Shown: in pieces, positions 1 through 7,965 of the stretch
How positions within the stretch are numbered: position 1 is the stretch's first letter
Layout of the letters: each line of letters starts with the position of its first letter
Assembly (NCBI GenBank): GCA_963752595.1
Contig: CAVVYZ010000013.1
Location: 96,001 to 160,000, forward strand
DNA length: 64,000 nucleotides
Source of the DNA: an uncultured delta proteobacterium
GTDB taxonomy: Bacteria; Desulfobacterota; Desulfomonilia; UBA1062
Direction: 5' to 3'
Program-made: the position numbers and the translations under genes
The notes under the pieces: generated by a model
Seen by the model: the letters and a program-made list of their open reading frames with translations, nothing else
Told to the model about the DNA's origin: nothing
Databases searched by the model: none

Positions 1-1944
1 CATCCTGTCGGCTTCCTTGTTCCCGTTGCCGTAACGGGGGAGCTTCGTTGCCAGCTCGACCCTTAAACCTTCCCGGCCGCGGAAGTTATCTTTCAATATA
101 TCGACGAAATCTTCCAGGCCCATGCGCTTCTCCTCGAAGACGATCCTGTTCAGGGCATACAGCGAATCGCCCGTATCGGCGAGGCCCGCCGCCTGGATGG
201 AGGTATAGTCGTAGAGGCCGCCTCCCCAGGTGACGTCCTTGCCCTTGTCGAGGCAGCCTTCGGTGAGGATCGAATTCACCGGCGTCGGCCGGACAGTGCG
301 GGATGCTTCTTCCAGCCAGCTTATTACCTTCACCAGGTCGTCGATCCCGTGGCGGACCTGAGCCCGGAAGGCCTGGAGGACATCGCCAAAGGTCTTCAGC
401 TCATACACCGGGGGCGTGGCGGCACCGAAGCGGCGCCTTCCCTCGATCCTGGCCTTGCCGTGGAAGCGCATGCCGCCGTTCAGGGCCAGCTCCAGGCAGA
501 GCGGCAGGTTGAAGAGCGCGGCATCCGAGGAGTTGTATGTGCGTCCCTGGCTCGCCATCTCCACGCAGCCGATGACCGCGTAGTCCCGGGCGTGCTCTTT
601 CGTCATACCCGCTTCCTCCAATGCCCTGACCACGGCCGTGTCTCCGAAGAAGGAGGGGCGGCTGGTGCCCAGCTGGAGAAGCTCCACACTTTTCCGGAAG
701 AACCAGTCCGGGGTCTTTGGATGGATGCGAACATGAACCGCGGGTTCACGGGTCAGGACCTGGGCGTATGCATTGAGGATCAGGCCGGAAAGCTCGTTGG
801 ACACGTCGTTGCCCTCAGCGTCGGTGCCGCCTAAGGTGAACGCCTGGGCCACGCCGTTGCCGCTGAAGAACCGGTCGACCCGCTGGGAGTAGAGCGGCAT
901 TGTCTCGCAGGCCTTCAGGCAGAAGCTTGCCGTTATCTCCACGGCCCGCTCGAAGGTCAGCCTGGCTTCTGCGATATCGGCGCGGTAAAGGGGGAGAAGG
1001 ATCTGGTCCATCCGGCCGAAGGACAGGCCCTGTTCGAAGTCTTCCAGGTTCATGGCCACGTGGACGAGCCAGACCGCCTGCAATCCTTCCAGATAGGTCC
1101 GGGCCGGTTCAAAGGGGACACGACGGCAGGCGGCCGCCGACTCCAGGAGCTCGGCCCTTCTCTGCCCGTGAACCCCGGGCAGGGAGGCTATCCTTTCGGC
1201 TTTGACAGCCAGATTCCCGGCCATCTCCCTGATGCCGTCGATCGTGATCACCACGGACCGGTAGAACGCCCTCTGATCGTCATCCAAAGGCGATCCGTCC
1301 GCGAGCCTGCCCTGCTCCAATCTCTTATTAGCCTCTTCATAAGGTGAGCGAAGGCCTTCTTGTACGACCATCCGATAGTTTCCCACCTGATGGGCAACAC
1401 CCGCTTCCTCAGTCACGAAGTGACGCTTGGCCCGGAAGAAATCCAGGAAGTAGGAAAAACGGCCGGGCCTGATGAGCGCTTTGGCGCCCACGCTTCTGAA
1501 GGCGGTTCTCAAACCCATGAGAAGAAGCTCCGCGGTCTCGGGGCCGGATAATTGTAAGGGTATGGCCCGTTTCCCCAGACGGGCCAAATCCTCCAGGATA
1601 TTGATCGACCCGCCCTCGATGTAGTAGTTGGCGGCGATCCGCTTGGATGTCATGTTGCCGATGATGAGCTCGCCGTCATAAATGCGGGGCTTGCGGTGGG
1701 AGAACACATACTGCAGGGCAAGGGCGCGGCGGACAAGGGGGTGCTCCTCCCCGGTGCTCCGGCGCCCTTCGGCCGACCGCCGGAATTCCTCCAGGAGCTT
1801 GGGCCTCTCCAGGCAGATCGAATACGGTGTTTTCAGCAGCTCCGCCCTGATGGCCGCAATGCGTGGAGTAGGGCCGATGAAGCCTTCACGCGGGGTTTGC
1901 GCCTCCAAAGCCCCGGATATCCTTTCGTTCGCTCCGGTAGTCAT
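1..1944 (-). CDS. Glycyl radical enzyme (PFL-like family), 3' end outside the window
   Basis: Not in the ORF track because it runs off the left edge. Open frame from ATG at 1944 (RBS AGGAGG) to base 1: MTTGANERISG...RIYDGELIIGN...GLSFGRMDQ...YAVIGCVEMA...LPRYGNGNKEADRM. GCVE is the thiyl-Cys motif; the Gly-radical loop lies beyond the window. Confidence 0.92.
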   Translation of the reverse strand, partial: MTTGANERISGALEAQTPREGFIGPTPRIAAIRAELLKTPYSICLERPKLLEEFRRSAEGRRSTGEEHPLVRRALALQYVFSHRKPRIYDGELIIGNMTSKRIAANYYIEGGSINILEDLARLGKRAIPLQLSGPETAELLLMGLRTAFRSVGAKALIRPGRFSYFLDFFRAKRHFVTEEAGVAHQVGNYRMVVQEGLRSPYEEANKRLEQGRLADGSPLDDDQRAFYRSVVITIDGIREMAGNLAVKAERIASLPGVHGQRRAELLESAAACRRVPFEPARTYLEGLQAVWLVHVAMNLEDFEQGLSFGRMDQILLPLYRADIAEARLTFERAVEITASFCLKACETMPLYSQRVDRFFSGNGVAQAFTLGGTDAEGNDVSNELSGLILNAYAQVLTREPAVHVRIHPKTPDWFFRKSVELLQLGTSRPSFFGDTAVVRALEEAGMTKEHARDYAVIGCVEMASQGRTYNSSDAALFNLPLCLELALNGGMRFHGKARIEGRRRFGAATPPVYELKTFGDVLQAFRAQVRHGIDDLVKVISWLEEASRTVRPTPVNSILTEGCLDKGKDVTWGGGLYDYTSIQAAGLADTGDSLYALNRIVFEEKRMGLEDFVDILKDNFRGREGLRVELATKLPRYGNGNKEADRM

Positions 1945-2161
1945 GGGACTGTTCCCTCCTCGCTCAATACCTAAGTATTATTATAACTTTCCTGTAGAAA
2001 AAAGTAAGACATTATTACAAAGAGATGATAAAGAAAAATTTAAATATCGTGTCATTATGTGCACTCTCATATGAAGTTATCCTTGTTATAGATATCTTTT
2101 TCAATATGGGTAAAAGGGAAGAAATCTGTACATAGACAGGAAGGTAGGCTTTTTAAAACAT

Positions 2162-2190
2162 TTGCCATTTCTATAACACTGGAGTATCAT
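2162..2190 (+). promoter_or_regulatory. Putative sigma70 promoter
   Basis: TTGCCA-17 nt-TATCAT upstream of the 2322 lipoprotein gene. Confidence 0.45.
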
Positions 2191-2321
2191 TACAATTTCA
2201 TACCAAGTGCGAGCCGTTTCATGCAGATCCTCCCCGTTGACGGTGACGACATTTGCATTTTGATAGAGAGAAACGCTTCTTCACAAGAGGCATACAAAAT
2301 ATAATCAGGGGGTGGCATATC

Positions 2322-3005
2322 ATGACATGGAAGTTCAAGGAGAGTTTTCTCATTCTGGTCCTGGTGGTCGTGATGCTCGCGGCAGGAGGGTGCGGTGGAG
2401 GAGGCGGGGGAAGCGATTCCGGCGGTCCTGTCAAGCCTGAAAATATTGAAGGTGATGCTATCTTAGATATTCGGATTGTCGACGGTGGCAGTAATAAAAC
2501 ACCACCAGCTCCGCCAGCGGGATACGCGTTGCTGGATATCGACCTGAATGGTGGTAACACCGGCGGGAATTATATCTGGCTTTATTATAAGGTCGGGAAG
2601 GCTGACGGGTCGGAAGGAGATCCGATAAGCAAGATCTACACAGTGGATGAGTTTGACGGCGAGAAGGATACCCAGGGAGGTACGCAGCTGCCGGTCAACC
2701 TGAACAATGGCGATATTGTGAAAAGCCACGAACCACTATGGCTCTATTACATTAAATCGGACTGGCCCGTAGTCCGATGCATCGCTGTCTACCAAAGAAA
2801 CGGAACGTCGAAGGTCGTTAAATACGGCCCGCCTGAGGCAGCCGGCCAATATGATATCGTGTGGGTGGAGGAGTTGTTGCCTGATGATTTGAAGTCTCCG
2901 TATGATGACATTCCTCCCGATGCCCAGGATCTGAACGAAGGACAGTCCAATCCTTTTATATTATTAATGAGCGATTACATATACATCGGGTACGGCATAG
3001 ACTAA
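2322..3005 (+). CDS. Lipoprotein with MABP-like (beta-prism) repeats
   Basis: Signal peptide ending in lipobox LAAGG-C, a Gly-rich linker, then three repeats: IDLNGGNTGGNYIWLYYK, VNLNNG...PLWLYYIK, QDLNEG...DYIYIGY. These match the DLNxG...Y(I/L)xLxY MABP repeat pattern. Confidence 0.7.
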   Translation: MTWKFKESFLILVLVVVMLAAGGCGGGGGGSDSGGPVKPENIEGDAILDIRIVDGGSNKTPPAPPAGYALLDIDLNGGNTGGNYIWLYYKVGKADGSEGDPISKIYTVDEFDGEKDTQGGTQLPVNLNNGDIVKSHEPLWLYYIKSDWPVVRCIAVYQRNGTSKVVKYGPPEAAGQYDIVWVEELLPDDLKSPYDDIPPDAQDLNEGQSNPFILLMSDYIYIGYGID

Positions 3006-3098
3006 ACGGGTCTCAACACTGCTTTGCATATAACTTTCGTGCCGCGGCGGGGCTAAAGATCTGGCCTATGGTTTATCCAGCTGTTTCTTACAATGGTC

Positions 3099-3139
3099 AA
3101 AAAGGGCAACCCCCGCCTTATGGCGAGGGTTGCCTTTTC
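3099..3139. terminator. Bidirectional rho-independent terminator
   Basis: aaaagggcaaccc..gcc tta tggc..gggttgcctttt hairpin between convergent ORFs. Confidence 0.75.
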
Positions 3140-3148
3140 ATTGATGAA

Positions 3149-3560
3149 CTATTGAAAGAAACCCCAATCCGTTATGAATTCCCGGTCATAGGCATCTGTA
3201 ACACTGAAAATCAACTCTGCATTTTCACTCGGAGCCGGTTTGCCTGTGGTATCAATAGTAAATGAGGTAGATCCGGTTTCGTAAGAACCAAAAAATACTT
3301 GAGAGCCAGATGCGGAATTATACCCGAATACAATCCAACCGGGTCTCGTGCCGGCAGGGGCAGAAACGTTCAGGCTTATAATTCCACCCAAATTGAGGTC
3401 TGACAACTCATGAGACGGGGGAGTGAGCGTGGCAAACATGTCCGAGTTGAGACTCTCCCAGGGCATCGGCCCTTTCTTGAGAGTGATCTTGTATGATTTC
3501 AATATAGTGGCTGTTGAAATATCTTTTCGCAGTACGAGCTCAGATGCCGTGTTCATGCAG
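3149..3560 (-). pseudogene. Probable C-terminal remnant of a secreted beta-rich protein
   Basis: Protein-like frame (ELVLRKD...SVTDAYDREFITDWGFFQ) ending at the terminator; no convincing start or RBS of its own. Confidence 0.35.
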
Positions 3561-3581
3561 AGGTTGAGCCCGGATCTTCCG

Positions 3582-3941
3582 CTATGCACCCTCTCTGCGG
3601 TCTTTCGGAATAAGCGGCAGCTTCGCGGCATGCCTGGCATGCGCACGGCCGAAATGCCATGCAAGCAACAGGGATATCGAGAGCGCTCCCAGCCCCACGA
3701 TCAGGGCATCAAAGGAAAATGCAAAGGCAAAGGGGCCGAAGCCTGCCGGCAGCACATATCCAATGACAATGTTCACGAACCCCCAGAGAACGTTCACCAT
3801 GGGAGAAGAGAGTCCTACAGTGGGAGGAGAGGCAAAAGGCGATTGAAAGGGTTGCCCGGAGATTCCGTGGACGAGGTGGGGGATGCTGTTTGCCAGGAAA
3901 ATGCCGGCAAAGAAATGAGCGAGATAGACGTACCACTCCAT
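3582..3941 (-). CDS. Small integral membrane protein, hypothetical
   Basis: RBS GGAGG then MEWYVYLAHFFAGIFLANSIPHLVHGISGQPFQSPFASPP; three hydrophobic segments. Confidence 0.75.
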   Translation of the reverse strand: MEWYVYLAHFFAGIFLANSIPHLVHGISGQPFQSPFASPPTVGLSSPMVNVLWGFVNIVIGYVLPAGFGPFAFAFSFDALIVGLGALSISLLLAWHFGRAHARHAAKLPLIPKDRREGA

Positions 3942-4100
3942 CCTGATACCTCCCTTTCGCAAAGAAATGAGAGATGCCTCAAGATTACATGAGTGGTCGC
4001 TTGTGAGAGAATTACAAGGGGAAGCTTCCCGGCATATTGCTTACAATTATGTTTATACTGCCGCCGGTTTTGTATAACGGCTGAGCCGGCTGCTTGGTGC

Positions 4101-4631
4101 TCAAGCGCTTATGCCGGATATCCCGAAAAACGGTTCCGCACCGGAAGCAGTGATGGTCAAAAAGAACGGTGCTTTGTTGCGGGCAACTTCGGCTTCGACA
4201 AGTGCACGTTGCGCGGCCGGGTTATTCTTCAATCGTTCGTATTCAGCGGCATACAGACTGAAGTGTTCTGCAGCCCGCAGCAGGCTCGATTCCGCCGAGA
4301 TCTTCGCATAGCGTTGCTGCAATTCGGGAGTATCCTTGAATAGTTGTTCGATCCTGTCTTTATCAGGGTGGTCGTTGGCTACCCGCACATATCCCTGGGA
4401 ATCGTTAGTGAGGACAGGATCGGGCGGCACGCGGATGCCGGCATCATGAAATTTTTTCCTGACCTCTGCGGCAAAATCTGCCGTATCCTGGGCCAGTGAT
4501 TCGCGAGTGGGTATATCCAGCGGCGTAAGTTTTAAGCCCGCTTGTGCTGCTTGTGCATGAGACGAAGTGGCTGAGCGGGCGAATGTAATGGGCTTGTAAG
4601 CTGCCGGTGCCGTAATAGCAGTGACGTTCAT
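4101..4631 (-). CDS. Hypothetical protein
   Basis: RBS GGAGG before MNVTAITAP; helical protein-like composition. Confidence 0.65.
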   Translation of the reverse strand: MNVTAITAPAAYKPITFARSATSSHAQAAQAGLKLTPLDIPTRESLAQDTADFAAEVRKKFHDAGIRVPPDPVLTNDSQGYVRVANDHPDKDRIEQLFKDTPELQQRYAKISAESSLLRAAEHFSLYAAEYERLKNNPAAQRALVEAEVARNKAPFFLTITASGAEPFFGISGISA

Positions 4632-4814
4632 ACTTGGACCTCCTTCACTATATACCAATTATAAGCAAACACCATGCCCGCAATCCGGTTTCCGGATTTG
4701 CCCGAACGTATCAGTGGAAAAGCTCACCGGAATGGCTCTGCCGCGTCTGTAAGCCATCCGCTGGAGCTGGAGAGGGTTTTTAGAAAAAAATCTGTCCGCT
4801 TTTTCCTAAGAAAG

Positions 4815-5290
4815 CTATTTCGAAATTCCTTTGGCCACGATGCGCTGCAGATCAGCGTTTTCCCATGCGCGAATATTCTTCTCAATCCATGCCCTGCCGA
4901 TACCATTGGCAAACTGCGCCAGTGTTGCGGGATTGCCTTCTTCCTTATTCAGGATCATATAAGCGGCCTGCTCCCGATTACTCTGATCGATGGAGGTGTC
5001 ATCCGGCTTTTGGCAATCAAACACCACTGACTTCAACAGCTGGAGTTTATCATCAGGTGAAGCATTTTCCGCCTGTACCGGCTGGCCCATAACGAACTTT
5101 ACCACCTCTTTGGAATTATTTGTCTGGATCGCTTGTTTGACCGAGGTAATGGCCAATTGGGGTTGCACCCTGGTCCCAGCGGGCAGCTGCCCCGCCGGTA
5201 AGACCTTAGCCGCTTTGAATCAATCCGGAATAGAAAAGGCGCATGCACCGGAAAACATTAAAAACCTTTTAAAAACTTCCTGCGAATCAT
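4815..5290 (-). pseudogene. Possible degraded Tat-exported protein
   Basis: RBS AAGGAG then MIRRKFLK (twin-Arg-like), followed by a frameshift and an in-frame TGA before the 117-aa ORF 4815-5168. Confidence 0.35.
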
Positions 5291-5346
5291 CTTATTTCTC
5301 CTTTCTTCAAGGTTTATCAACAAAATGATAAAGTGACGATTATTGT

Positions 5347-6282
5347 TCAGACGGTCAACACCTTACATACGGCATCGATCTCCGTCTTGTACGTTCCGAC
5401 CAGCTTCTTTGCCTCGCTCTTGAGGTTTTCGATGTTCCCGTTCGTCGCGTTGTCCATGTCATCGGAAGCAACGGTTAGGCTTGTTTGAAGCCGGACGTAT
5501 TGTTTGCCGAGAAACAGGTTCATCTGGTAGTTTGATGCGTCTGCCAGGCCGTCAAACATGCAGCTCAAAAGGGGAGCAACCCAGCCTGCTTTGCCCCAGT
5601 CTTTGGCTTCCGCATAAGCAATCGGCCGGATCAATTCACCTGTCCCGAGCGATAAAACAAAGAAGTCGTTTTCGTCGGGAAAGATCCTTTTTGCTTCAGC
5701 GTATGCAGAAACAGACGGAGAGTTGATAAAAACGCCTCCGTCGACCAATGCCCTCGTCGCTCCGCCGACAGGGACGAGAGCCGGTTCAAAATACGTAGGG
5801 GCAGCAGACGTTGCCCGTGCTGCGTGCTTCATCTGCACCGAGCGGTACTCTTCCCGCCAGCTCTTGAAAAACAGCGGCTCGCGATTCTGGATATCGTAGC
5901 TGGTGATCAATGTTCTTGTTAAGCACGATCCCAGCGGCTCATCCCCGAAGTACTCATCCAGGACCTTCTCAATTCCGCTGTGGGAGTACGTCTCATCCGC
6001 CAGACCTGCTACCGACGACACGCCTTTCCACAGGGAACGCGAGAAGATCTCCTTCCCTCGCGACTGATAAATGTCGGCCAGATCCTTTGCAGAATACTGC
6101 GCCTTGCCCTTGCCGTTATCTTTGGAAAAGCCCAGCGCGAGTATCCCGCCGGTGGAAGTGCCGGCTATCAGGTCGAAGCTTTCCGCTGTCGGTCTCCCGG
6201 TCTTTTCTTCTATTTTCGAAAGAACAAGGGCAGGGATAAGACCACGGATACCACCTCCGTCAATACTAAGGATTTTCTTCAT
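5347..6282 (-). CDS. Patatin-like phospholipase
   Basis: DGGGIRG oxyanion loop, GTSTG nucleophile motif, catalytic DGG; RBS GGAGG. Confidence 0.95.
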   Translation of the reverse strand: MKKILSIDGGGIRGLIPALVLSKIEEKTGRPTAESFDLIAGTSTGGILALGFSKDNGKGKAQYSAKDLADIYQSRGKEIFSRSLWKGVSSVAGLADETYSHSGIEKVLDEYFGDEPLGSCLTRTLITSYDIQNREPLFFKSWREEYRSVQMKHAARATSAAPTYFEPALVPVGGATRALVDGGVFINSPSVSAYAEAKRIFPDENDFFVLSLGTGELIRPIAYAEAKDWGKAGWVAPLLSCMFDGLADASNYQMNLFLGKQYVRLQTSLTVASDDMDNATNGNIENLKSEAKKLVGTYKTEIDAVCKVLTV

Positions 6283-6436
6283 CTTACCTCCTGCGATTAA
6301 ATTTCAATAACGCGCATCAGCGGTCGTGACCGTGACGCAGACCGTCTTATTACAATTGTCCGGTCAGCCGTTTTAATCGTGGGCCGACCTCTATGGCATG
6401 AAACGCCATGTATGTTCCTTTAGCTTTATTCTAAGG

Positions 6437-6493
6437 GGTCAATGTGCAGATCAGTTGCGGCTGAAAGCCGTCCGGTGGATTAACGGGTTGGGT
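6437..6493 (-). mobile_element. attC site (degenerate)
   Basis: Same core as the other sites (gatcagt-gcggctgaaagccgtccggtggat). On the minus strand it reads ACCCAAC...ATTGACC, so the R' GTT is mutated. Confidence 0.7.
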
Positions 6494-6502
6494 TTTTTGC
6501 CG

Positions 6503-6823
6503 CTACTGTACTTCTGGACGATCTGTGCCGCATTGCCAACAAGTCGTGAATTGAGGGCCGAGTAATTCACGGCATTTTGGGCATTTCCACGAATGGCCTT
6601 TGATACCAGGTGAGCCTTCATCGTTAATGTATCTGGATGTTATTGATGCAGCTATCTCGAATTGGCTATCATCTAAAATCCATACCGAAGGATGACCGTC
6701 TGTTGTAGCTTGCCCTTTTAATAGAGATTCATTGCGAATTAAAGACAAGATACCTTCAGCCTCAAGAAGAGTTTTTACAAAGTATGCATCGCTTAATCTG
6801 TAAGCTGTAAAGACTTGCTTCAT
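6503..6823 (-). CDS. DUF2007-like protein with C-terminal zinc ribbon (cassette gene)
   Basis: AYFVKTLLEAEGI.IRNE N-terminus; WKCPKC...QFTTCWQCG. Confidence 0.85.
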   Translation of the reverse strand: MKQVFTAYRLSDAYFVKTLLEAEGILSLIRNESLLKGQATTDGHPSVWILDDSQFEIAASITSRYINDEGSPGIKGHSWKCPKCRELLGPQFTTCWQCGTDRPEVQ

Positions 6824-6876
6824 TCACATCTCCTGGAAATCCAGAGTCAGTCATGACCTTCGGTTGAAAGCCATAA

Positions 6877-7057
6877 TACACCCCCAAGAAAAGTTTTGGA
6901 ATTGGAGATGGACACGAATAGATTACAGAGTCTTATATTGCTAAAGAAGGGAACTGAGTTTCCATGTGAACTTCCCCAATTACCCCCCCTATGAAACTAT
7001 GCAAATGTGTTACCCATGTACCCAGAATATTCTGTTACCTATGTCCCCGTTCGCTCA
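6877..7057 (+). mobile_element. Probable IS481-family remnant (ends only, no transposase)
   Basis: Direct repeats tgttacccatgtaccc (7008-7023) and tgttacctatgtcccc (7033-7048), 25-bp period, ending ..CA at 7057; this resembles IS481 right ends. The left boundary is tentative. Confidence 0.5.
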
Positions 7058-7062
7058 ATGTG

Positions 7063-7383
7063 TTAATTATTGAAAACATCATAGATGGATTGCTTGAATT
7101 GCCCTTTCTCAACAAACTTATCAACAACTATGCGATAGAGATCCCAATTCCACTCGTTGATGCTAAATGGTTTTTTCCCATAACGCATGAAAAACAAAAA
7201 TTCCTTTAGTTCCTCTGCATAACTTGTGCTTCCCATCTGACGATTCCTCACCGCTCCTTTTATGCGGTAAGAAATACGTTCAACGGAATTCGCTTCTTCT
7301 TCTGCAACTTGGATAATCTCATGGTAATCTTTGTCTTTGATACGATCGATGAAATCAGAGAAACTGGATCTTCTGTTTGTCAT
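7063..7383 (-). CDS. Hypothetical protein (cassette gene)
   Basis: RBS GAGGAG; AT-rich ORF starting immediately after attC 7408-7464. Confidence 0.8.
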   Translation of the reverse strand: MTNRRSSFSDFIDRIKDKDYHEIIQVAEEEANSVERISYRIKGAVRNRQMGSTSYAEELKEFLFFMRYGKKPFSINEWNWDLYRIVVDKFVEKGQFKQSIYDVFNN

Positions 7384-7407
7384 AGCTCCTCTCTTTCAAA
7401 GGCAATG

Positions 7408-7464
7408 GTATAACGCCACGCGTCACCGGCGGCTTAAGCCGTCCGGTGGATGCGATGGTTAGGC
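7408..7464 (-). mobile_element. attC site
   Basis: Minus strand GCCTAAC...GTTATAC, 57-bp imperfect palindrome; the upstream gene's TAA stop lies inside R''. Confidence 0.9.
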
Positions 7465-7852
7465 TGCTCTATCCAAAAGCCTCAATGCATCTTTTTTTAC
7501 AGACAGCAAAGAGATCCCAGCTTTCTGGATCTGCTCAGCATTCCATGTATCCGGATCACGCCAAAATCTACTTTTATCATGCAATCTAAAGGCAAGTTTA
7601 CGATCAATTCTCATTACCAGGAATGAAGTATTAGACCATAATTCAGCCAATTCATTTTCTATTCTTCTATCTCGGTCTGCACCCTCAGCCCTTAGTCTAC
7701 AATATGTCTCCAGTTTTCTCCGCTGCTTCGACAACGACACGTAAAGTTTCAGCAGTCTTGCTGTTACGGGTAACTTTTTTTGCTTCAATATATGCCAAGA
7801 AAGCAGTAACAGCAGAAACTAATGATATCCAATTTGATATTTCATCACTCAT
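7459..7852 (-). CDS. Hypothetical membrane-anchored protein (cassette gene), 1-nt frameshift near 7711
   Basis: RBS GGAGG, then MSDEISNWISLVSAVTAFLAYIEAKK...EAAEKT; removing one G continues into ETYCRLRAEGADRDRRIENELAELW...KSRFWRDPDTW, with the stop inside attC. Confidence 0.7.
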
Positions 7853-7907
7853 AGATCCTCCAAGCACTCATTTGATTAAGAATTGAGATTTCAAATTATA
7901 TGTTAAA

Positions 7908-7961
7908 GCCTAACGTGCGGATCAGCGGTGGCTGTAAGCCGTCCGCTGGATTTGGTTGGGC
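7908..7961 (-). mobile_element. attC site
   Basis: Minus strand GCCCAAC...GTTAGGC, 54 bp; nearly identical to 10454-10510 apart from a 3-nt deletion. Confidence 0.88.
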
Positions 7962-7965
7962 TGTA

